Source: Amoebophrya sp. A120
Lineage: Eukaryota > Protista > Dinoflagellata
Direction of reading: 5' to 3'
NCBI GenBank assembly: GCA_905178155.1
Contig: CAJINV010000004.1
Span: 10,523,655 to 10,587,654 of the forward strand
DNA length: 64,000 nucleotides
A program made the translations under genes and the position numbers. Each line of letters opens with the position of its first letter. Within the stretch, counting starts at the first letter, position 1. Below are positions 55,686-64,000 of the stretch, piece after piece. The notes below the pieces were generated by a model. The model was not told the DNA's origin. It did not search any database and saw only the letters and a list, made by a program, of their open reading frames with translations.

Positions 55686-58267
55686 ATGCTGAAGAAAAGA
55701 AAACTCATGGCGGTGGAAAAGGAACTGAGCGCTGACGCCGCGACCACCAGCGATGCGGGGCAGGCGCAGCTGTGGGCGTACAAGGACAAGCTCAGTGCGG
55801 AGGAAAAACAATCGCTGCAGGAGCAGATTTCCGCGCTCGATCTGAAGCAGCTCAACGCGCTGTTTCTAACCGCCACGAAGAAGCACTTTGGAACGGGAAT
55901 AAAGGATGAGGAACGAGGCTCATTACTACCCGAGGAAGATGAACTCTCGCCTCCGACAAAAGTGCAAACGCTGGAAACCCTGGATCCAGCTGAAGTCAAA
56001 CGCCTCGAGGGGCTAGGTGAGGTGTTTTTCTTGGGAAAGTTTGCTCCACATTGTTTTTCTTGTGAAACTGCAGGGCTGCATAGTACATGGTAGTATTCGA
56101 CGTGTTGCAGTTTTCATGCAACGCGAGCAAGCTTCTAAAAACAGTATGATCTTCCCATTGTCCAGATCCTCATCCTTTGCAGATTCATTGGTTTCATCCA
56201 ACCCACTTCCAGGTCGCACTGCCATTTCCGGCGGCAAAGTTGCGGCCCTCTGTCTCGGCGGCGGCGCTGGCACCCGGTTGGGGATCGACGGGCCAAAGGG
56301 CCTTTTCCACCTACCGCAGCTTCCCTCCAGAAAATGTCTGTTCCAGCTCTTCGCCGAGAGGATCAAACGATTGAAAAAGCTCTGCAACGCGACCACCCTC
56401 CCGTTTGTCATCATGACCAGCCCGCTGAACCACAAGGCGACCACGAAATTTTTCGCCGAAAACTCCTACTTCGGACTGCCACCAAACGAGTGTTTGTTCT
56501 TCCCGCAGGGCACGCTCCCCGCGTTCGACTACGAAGGGAAAATCCTGTTAGAAACGCGGTCGACCATTTCCCTCAGCCCCGACGGGAACGGCGGTGTTTA
56601 CCCGGCCTTGGAGAGATCCGGGGTGCTGTCCAAGTTGAAGTCCTTCGGGATCGACTACCTGCACCTCTTCGGCGTCGACAACATCCTCGTCCGCCCCGCG
56701 TATCATTTGTGAAAACGTCCCCACCCCATAGTTGTCATCCAATTCTGCATGCCAAAAAAGTCTCTCATGCGGAGCCCCATGAGAAGCATTTTCTGGTCGT
56801 GTTTTGGAATTTGTGATGCTATAATCAGCAAAATATGCTAGATCTGTGATGCTTCTGAACTACCAAAAGAGGATTATACTACAAGGACAAACTTGCCATG
56901 CGAAACAACCAAAGACGGCTAATTTGTCTAGCGGACTTGACTCTGGTGTGGGGACGTTTTTACTTAGGATACCGCGGACCCCCGGTTTATCGGCTACCTG
57001 ATCGACCAGAAGGCGGAAGTGGGGAACAAGTCCGTGTTATGAATTGCAAAAATGTCTGGGTCTGGAAGATTGCGAGACTTGTCATGCTGATCTGGCATGG
57101 CCCTTAAATCTGTGTATGTAGCGCTTAGGGCCCTTCCGTACGGCCATTTGTATGTCCCGCAACGGGGAGGTTCGCCTAAGTCGGTCACTTGTATGCGAGG
57201 CGTTGGGTTACCCGGTCGGCAGAGCCGATCCACAACGAACGAACGTGGCCACAAACAGCCTCTCTCGCCTGTCATGCAAAAACACAGTTTCTCACGCGGA
57301 AGACGCAGCAGGGAAGCACGAAAAAGCTTGTCATGCTTGGCGGCGCATTACGATGCATTTGTTATTGACTGTCTTGCATCACAAGTTTCCAGACCCAGAC
57401 ATTTTTGCATTTGATACGTGTGGAAGGCCGATCCGGAGGAGAAGGTCGGGGTGATCGCGAAGAGAGCGGACAAGTACTGCGTCGTGGAGTACAGCGAACT
57501 CTCCGGGAAGCACAAGAATCTCCGGGACGAAAACAGCAACGCACTGTTGTTCGGCGCGGGTAACATCTGCAACCACTTGTTCAAGTTGGATTTTTTGGAG
57601 CAAACGGTTTTGCCCAACATGGAGAACAGCTACCACGTGGCGGAAAAGAAAATACCGGTCGCGGACGATGGAAACGAGGGGAAAACGTCGAAAAAGCCGG
57701 AGAAGAACAACGGGATAAAACTGGAAACCTTTGTGTTCGACGTGTTCCCCTTGACGGACAGAATGGCGATTTTGGAATGCAAACGCGACGAAGAGTTCGC
57801 GCCGATCAAAAACGCGGAGGGCACGGACTCACCCGCGACGGCGTGGTATCAAATGCAAAAATGTCTGGGTCTGGAAGAATGCAACTTGTGATGCTATTTT
57901 TGGAATCCAAAAAAATCTGTATTGCATGAGCAGCAAAGGGAGTCGATTTTTGCTACGTGGAGAGGGGATTTGTCATGCTGAGCAGGCATCAAGATGCCAT
58001 CAAAAAATCAGTGACGCTAGGGCATGCATCACAGACATCATGGCTCATGCAAAATGTGCATGACAAGCTCCGAGTCTTCCAGACCCAGACATTTTTGCAC
58101 TTGATACGTGGGACATGATATCAAAATTGCACAAATCCTGGGTCGAGGCCGCGGGCGGGAAGTGCGAGGGTTCGGTGGAGGTGTCGCCGTTGGTCTCCTA
58201 TTCTGGGGAGGGCTTGGAGGACCTTGTAAAAGGGAAGACGTTCCCTGATGGGGCGGAGATAAAGTGA
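55686..58267 (+). CDS. UAP1: UDP-N-acetylglucosamine pyrophosphorylase
   Basis: LGGGAGTRLG..PKG, IMTS, FFPQG, SPDGNGG, VDNIL..ADPRFIG, EKVG, VVEYSE, GNICNH, GIKLETFVFDVF, EFAPIKN, VSPLVSYSGEGL. One GT-AG intron plus 3 introners; stop 58265-58267. Confidence 0.93.
56701..56971. mobile_element. Introner (family C)
   Basis: tatcatttgtgaaaacgtccccacccca / tggtgtggggacgtttttacttaggata; TSD ccgcg; joins RPA/DPRF. Confidence 0.92.
57038..57416. mobile_element. Introner (family A) with ~130-bp internal insertion
   Basis: tatgaattgcaaaaatgtctgggtctggaa / ttccagacccagacatttttgcatttgata; TSD cgtgt; joins KSV/WKAD. Confidence 0.92.
57847..58106. mobile_element. Introner (family A)
   Basis: Near-perfect ~31-bp TIR; TSD cgtgg; joins TAW/DMIS. 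Confidence 0.93.
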
Positions 58268-58661
58268 ACATTTAGTACGAGGTAGCAGTGCTAATTACAG
58301 CTTGTGAATCAATGTATCATGCAGCGCCGGATTTTCATTTTGGTTTTGGTCAAATGATTTTCTCAAGGACCAAGGTTCAGACAGGGACAGCGCTGCAAAG
58401 ACGATATCTTTTGCAGGGAGATAATCATGGTCATGATCCATTGCTGCAGCACGAGCAGCGGCACAGTCGTGCCGACCGAAAGCGCGGCTCACCTCTGGTT
58501 TTGTTCTAAGAGAGCGCAGGTCCTTTTCGCAATGTCGCGCATCAGAATGTTTTTGTTCCAAGAATGTTGTCTTTTGCCCAAAAACCTCCTAGCTGCGCCT
58601 CGAAGACAGGAGTAGCGAAAATAAATTCCAACTTACAATGTAGACAACTGCTGCAAACAAA

Positions 58662-59051
58662 ATGAGTAGTCGCGATCTCCAATCCCGGGGCAGTTCGCGG
58701 CCGTCTTCCAGCAAGTCGACGGGGACAAAGGCCAGCACCTCGAACCAGAGCGGGCGGCAGTCGGAGCCGAAGGTACTGAAAGGCAAGGACCTGGAAGCGT
58801 TTAAAATTCGGACCGCCTACGCAAACGGGACTTTTTTTGTGTACGGTGCGTGGCAGAACAACGACGTTTTCCGCGCGCTGCTCGACCGGGTTCCAGACAA
58901 GGAAATGGCGCTGTTACTATCAGAAAACGTCTACGGGCCGTACAGCATACGAGACACCAACGAATGCGCGTTATCGCCGGTGTACGTGCCGTTCACCAGC
59001 CCGTCACCGGAGGATCAGGTCGTGCTTGGGCAGATGGTGAATGGTATAGAG
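58662..59051 (+). CDS. AIG2-like / gamma-glutamylcyclotransferase-fold protein, 5' exon only
   Basis: FFVYGAWQNNDVFRALLDRVP...VLGQMVNG resembles the AIG2 N-terminus. A GT donor at 59052 is followed almost immediately by the copia element. Confidence 0.6.
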
Positions 59052-60383
59052 GTTATTGTAAGCATGATCAAGAGTTTGTTCTTGACAAGCATCCCGATCT
59101 GAATTGACTAAATTGAAATCACGATGTAAATCACGATGCTACGATGATGATTCAAAATGAGGTCTCATGCAAATCACGATGTTCATGAGAAGGAACAAAA
59201 ATGAAGTTCACTCTAATCCCGCACTGTATACTAGTGACGATCAACGATTGTTGATCTGATATTTTTCATAAATTTAGGGTGATTAGAACAAATTTGAACT
59301 TTCATGTTTTACCCCCTTGACTGAGAACTCAAAATTTGTGTGTTGTTTGGAACGCTAAATTTTTCCCCACAGGCTGCGACGATAGTCACCATAGATTGAT
59401 TGCGACTAAGAAACACTGAATCCCACCTAGATTCTGCTTGACATGCAAGATGGCCAGTGTTCACACCGCCCGCGTTTCTTCGTCGTTGATTGTCTTCACA
59501 CCGTGAAAATTCGGTTGACATTCTAACGGCACAGCCTTGAGCGCTGACACCAAGACACGACCAGTGCCAACACGACAACAACTACCAAGCCTGGTCCCCC
59601 CGCAACACGACAACACCTACCAAGCCAGGACCAGAACCAAACCACCAACCACACCAAGACCCGCAGGAAGGTACTAAAAGCACGAAGAAAAATAAAGAAA
59701 ATTTTGAATTTTTGGTAGTGTTTTTGAATAGAATTTTTGTTTGAATTTGAACTAAAAATTTAGGCAAAATAACCCCCAGCCACCGAGTTCAAATCAACCA
59801 ACAGTGGTGATTTGCTGCCGTGATATCAATTGCTGATACACGGTCAGAGGCTGTTTGAAAGTAAGAGAGAATTTGTAATCATACACCTACACAGGTGCAA
59901 GAGAGACAAAGCGACCAAAGGTGCGCGCTACGAAGCCCGTAACCTTTGCCGAAGCATCGAGCGAGGAACAAGACAGGTACTAAAATTGTACTTATTTTCG
60001 GTCTGTTTTCTAAAATCATTGGAAATTTTGAATGCGAGCACACATGGCAAGAGCACAAAAATCGCATGTTAATCCTCCCCAACAAAAACTATTACAGTTT
60101 TGGGCGGCGGATTTAACGTACCGAGCAGCAGGCCGGTACAAGAGCAAGGACCCGACAGCAGGCCACGAAAAAGGTACTGAATTACATCGGTTTTTGAAAA
60201 TAGAAGTCTAAGCGTAATTCTGATTTTGTCTGTAATTGCATCGTGAATTCAACAAGATGATCGCATTTGAAATGCTGAATACCATCTGAATTCGATTGCA
60301 AATTTCTTGTACAGGTAGCCGCCTACGCGTGTACCGAGTACAACAGACGACACAACCGCGACGCGCGTGCTCATCGTGAAAAG

Positions 60384-61532
60384 ATGGGGGCGCCGGGTGA
60401 TGACCATCGTCCGAGCACTTCCGGCACCGTCGGAATGCTGTACGACGCGGAACACGAGGGAGAAACTGGAAAGGACTTCCAGACGTTCAAGGGTAGCGTG
60501 ATCGCTCAGGCGTTCTCGTTGAACATCGGTCCCCAGTTCAAAGAGGACTTAGAAGGAAAAGTCTGCATGGACAAGTGGGATGAGGTCGATCAGTTAGCCT
60601 GCGACCAGTGGGTTGCTGACGGCAAACACGAAAACGACTTCTGGCCCACCTACACAACCGAAGTGCGCTCAGCTTACGCGAAGTTGTATGGTACAGTATT
60701 CAAATCCTTAACCGGAAAGGCCCGAGCCAAAGCTCAGGACATTCAGGAAGAGCCCGGGGCTGACGCGTGTGTAGTCTGGTTGATGCTTCAGATCAAGGAA
60801 AAGGCTAACCCGCAGACCGCCGGTGCCCGCCGCATGTTGATCAAGGAATATTTCAACAGCAAGCAGGGTGAAGATGAAACCGTGGAAGAACATATTGACA
60901 AACTGAAGAACTTCTGGAATTTCAAACTGGGCGCTAAAGTTACGGCCGAAGAGTTACGCTATCACTGTATCTTCGGGAACATGCGCGAGGAATTCGATGA
61001 GTGCAACAAGCGTGCCTTGGCTAATGGATTCAGTTTCGAAGAAACCAAGAATCATATGGTCGAGGAAGAACGCGCTCTGTCTAGCAACGGAGAGACCACG
61101 AAGCACAAAGCTAATCTGGTCCGCAACAAGAATTCTCGCAACCAGCATGGCCCGCGCCCGGATCACGTTCAGAAGAACCGTGAGAAGCAGATGTTCTCCA
61201 ATATGTTGAAGAAAGAGATGCCGAGTCTGATCCAGCAAGCCGCTGCGAATCTGATCGCGCAAAATCCGAACTTGACCCAGAATCACACTGCTGGTAGCAA
61301 TGACGACAGTCATGCGGCCAATTACGCAGGAGATTCCAAGTGGTGTTCGAATTGCAATTCGGAATCCCACAACACCAAGGATTGCTGGTACAAAAACGGC
61401 AATAAGGTCAATAACAAGTCTTCCAATAAGAATTCCGGTAAGGGTAACAACACGAATACTGTTCGCAAGGGCAACGACAAGCCGAAGGGTGGAGGTAAGA
61501 AAGGAAAAGGAAAGAAGGGTAGGAAATACTGA
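60384..61532 (+). CDS. gag: Copia gag
   Basis: QGEDETVEEHIDKL (MHR-like) and zinc knuckle CSNCNSESHNTKDC; basic C-terminal tail; ends in TGA. Confidence 0.88.
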   Translation: MGAPGDDHRPSTSGTVGMLYDAEHEGETGKDFQTFKGSVIAQAFSLNIGPQFKEDLEGKVCMDKWDEVDQLACDQWVADGKHENDFWPTYTTEVRSAYAKLYGTVFKSLTGKARAKAQDIQEEPGADACVVWLMLQIKEKANPQTAGARRMLIKEYFNSKQGEDETVEEHIDKLKNFWNFKLGAKVTAEELRYHCIFGNMREEFDECNKRALANGFSFEETKNHMVEEERALSSNGETTKHKANLVRNKNSRNQHGPRPDHVQKNREKQMFSNMLKKEMPSLIQQAAANLIAQNPNLTQNHTAGSNDDSHAANYAGDSKWCSNCNSESHNTKDCWYKNGNKVNNKSSNKNSGKGNNTNTVRKGNDKPKGGGKKGKGKKGRKY

Positions 61533-64000
61533 GTCTTAGATGGTGTTTCGAAGAAAAGTAGCTTGTTACACAAACTACAAAAAGTAAGAAAACTATTCTT
61601 ACGGCTGACGAAAACTCGATGTTATAATACAAATTATTCGCGATGTTTTTCAACTAAATTTTTAACAAAAATACCCCCCCAAAAGAACCCCCCACAAAAA
61701 GAACAACCACCTGGTGATGAACCACCAGTGACTACAAGTCATTTTGAAGAAGATGAATGTGTGTTCGACAGCAAGCTTGACATCTTCAATCCAGATTCTT
61801 CATCATTAATCGATATGGATGATTTATTCTCGAATCTCGATAAGAATGAAGATGAAATTTGTACCAATGATGCAGCTGGTCCAACGAGACAGCTGAAAGG
61901 AAAACGAAAAAGAGCAGAGCTGGAGCTTGCTGAGCAATTTGCAACCCCAGAGATGGCAAATATGACACAACAAGTCCAGGCTCTTGAGTCGACCGATCGC
62001 GAAATCCGTAAGATTTTATTTCCTCGATCTCATGTTTCGGATGCGTCCAAAGCCGAACGAGTTGAGAAATGCAATCTGTCACAAGATGCAGTATTTTCAA
62101 TCGTAGCAAAAGAAAGCGAGCAAAATCATTCGCCCGAGTACACAGCAAGAAAGCTAGCACACCTCTACAGCGTTCGCGAATCAGCATTGAGGAAGGTGCG
62201 CGAGGCGAACGATGCTCATCGGAATAAAAAGGACGAGCAGCACCGAAATCATGAAACAGCTTTTAATTGTGTCGATGATGCAATTTGCGACAGTGGCGCA
62301 ACAAGTCACATGTCGGGCCGACCAGAGATTTTCGAATCTTGGGACGACAGTAATCCAGTGCGAATAACTGTAGCAGACGGAAAAGAGTTGGATGGCCCTG
62401 GATATTTTGGCACATTGAAACCAAACGCACTTGGTTGCAAGCGTGCAATATTCCATCCATTCCTTCCACAGACCCTCCTCAGTGTCGAGCAACTGAAGAA
62501 AGAAGGCTATAGAGTTGTTTTCGACGAAGGGGGCAACTACTTGCAAAGTAGGAAGACAGGAAAGAGAATTTTTCTTCACAAAGGGATCGGAACCAAGCTG
62601 CCGGCCGTGGCACTTGGGTTCAACGAAGATCCAGGTGAAAAGGGTTTGTTGTGCGAAGAGATCGAGACAGAGTCCACTATGATGACAAAGGCTGAGAAAA
62701 TGCTTCTTGATCATCAGCGTGCTGGACATCGTAGTCTACCAGGAATAGTAGTCCGATGTCCTGCCTGCGATCTCGCGAAAAGCAAAGGCGCGCAACATGC
62801 AAAAGCGAAGAAAGAATGCTACAAAGTTGAAAAATTCAATGACCAAGTTGATTTTGACTTTACTGGACCGTGGGAACCTGACTACTGGTCGCAAAGATGG
62901 GTGCTAAATGCCATCGATCAAGCAACCAGCTGGCCTCGTTCTTTCATCTGCAAAAGCAAAGCAGAAGCAGGCGCAAAGCTGCAGGTCTGGATAAATGAAG
63001 AGGGACCACCGAAAAGAGTGAGATCCGACAATGCCAAAGAGTTCAAGGAACCAGGTAGCACTTGGAAAAAGACAGCACAGAAACAGTCCCCGCCGATTCA
63101 TACTGACTACTCAGCTCCATACGAACCACAAGAAAATGGAAAAGTTGAAAGATACAATCAAACTCACCAGAACGGAGTGAGGGCAATGATGGTCGGAGTC
63201 GATAAGCGTATGTGGAGTTATGCAGCACGCACTTTCTCCCACATATTCGCCCGAACCCCTACAGCCAAAGGAGGCGAGTCGCCATTTGAAAAACGCTTCA
63301 AAAGAAAACCTTCCATCAAGTATTTCCGACGTTTCGGATGCTTGGTATACGCGAAGGATCACTCACAGAAGTCGAAGCTTGAAGACCGGTTTACCCGTGG
63401 AATCTTTCTAGGCTACGCCCAAGAAAATTCTACATACCTGGTAGGCATGTGGTCCGCAGATGGTCGATGTAAGAAAAGCTCCAAAATCCGCTTCGGAGTC
63501 CACGAGGTGAAGTGTTGTAAGTTTGATGAATCAGTGCTGGTCAGCAAGATAGATGATCTGAAGCCGGACGCTGACAAGTTGTTAATTGATTTTCCGAATC
63601 CGGCGCGTCTGGGTGATAGTTCGCAGCTCGTAGAGCCGAATGTGCCCGCTGTAGATCATGATCAAAGCAGTCGTGGTCAGGACGCTCCGAGGACCGATCG
63701 TTCGAAAGATGAAGAAGATGCGGACAAACGCAGTTCGAAGGAAAAAGAAACCGTCGAAAACGACGAGGGCAAGAGTTTCGAAGGGGGTGAGCAACCTGAG
63801 GAAGGGGGCGAGGAAAATCAAAACCCTAATCAGGATTGGCTCGATTTGTTTTCAGAGGAGGCGCCTGAAAAATCCCCGAAGCAGAAAAAGAAAGCTGAGA
63901 ATGGAAATCGAAAAAGAAAGTCTAATACAGTTGATGCTGATGAAAAAGAGAACGAGACACAAGAAGCGCCTAGGATCCTCGTTGAAGGACCTACACGAAA
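61533..64000 (+). CDS. pol: Copia pol (protease, integrase), open to the window end, same frame as gag
   Basis: Translated by hand: AICDSGATSHM (PR), HQRAGH..CPAC (HHCC), DFDFTGP, RVRSDNAKEF, PQENGKVER, RRFGCLVY, GIFLGY; no stop seen from 61533 to 64000. Confidence 0.9.

Larger units (their letters stand above)
59057..64000 (+). mobile_element. Ty1/copia LTR retrotransposon, 5' part (left boundary tentative)
   Basis: gag-PR-IN order. Putative LTR start tgtaagc at 59057; the second LTR is outside the window, so the LTR cannot be delimited. Confidence 0.85.

Noticed and set aside
59805-59827. Copia primer-binding site tggtgatttgctgccgtg
   Set aside because: I cannot match it to a tRNA 3' end; it forms one arm of a local hairpin and the LTR end is undefined.

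Overview
Eukaryotic, intron-rich DNA, most consistent with a syndinian dinoflagellate parasite of the Amoebophrya type. This is an inference from transposon-like non-canonical introns and unidirectional gene blocks. Genes in 1-19.7 kb are all on the minus strand and genes in 31-59 kb are all on the plus strand. Host genes: a TagD-like cytidylyltransferase fused to a CDP-alcohol phosphotransferase, a front-end fatty-acid desaturase, a NIPA-like transporter, a divergent SRP54 with a C-terminal extension, UDP-GlcNAc pyrophosphorylase, an AIG2/GGCT-like gene, two paralogous Cys-rich surface proteins and several hypothetical membrane proteins. Four mobile systems stand out. (1) About 27 MITE-like introner elements in at least 7 TIR families, nearly all TA...TA with 5-bp target duplications. 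They interrupt conserved ORFs and appear to be spliced in a fixed register (4 nt from the left duplication, 1 nt from the right) without needing GT-AG. (2) An intact 8.76-kb tyrosine-recombinase retrotransposon (21550-30307) with layout A-BA-[YR, gag, RT/RH]-B and a gag gene split by four GT-AG introns. (3) Two copies of a non-coding Helitron/Helentron-like element with shared ends and a terminal hairpin but different internal satellites. (4) A copia element whose gag and pol are in frame, separated by a single UGA, with putative introns in its leader. Exon models were assembled by eye and need RNA confirmation.
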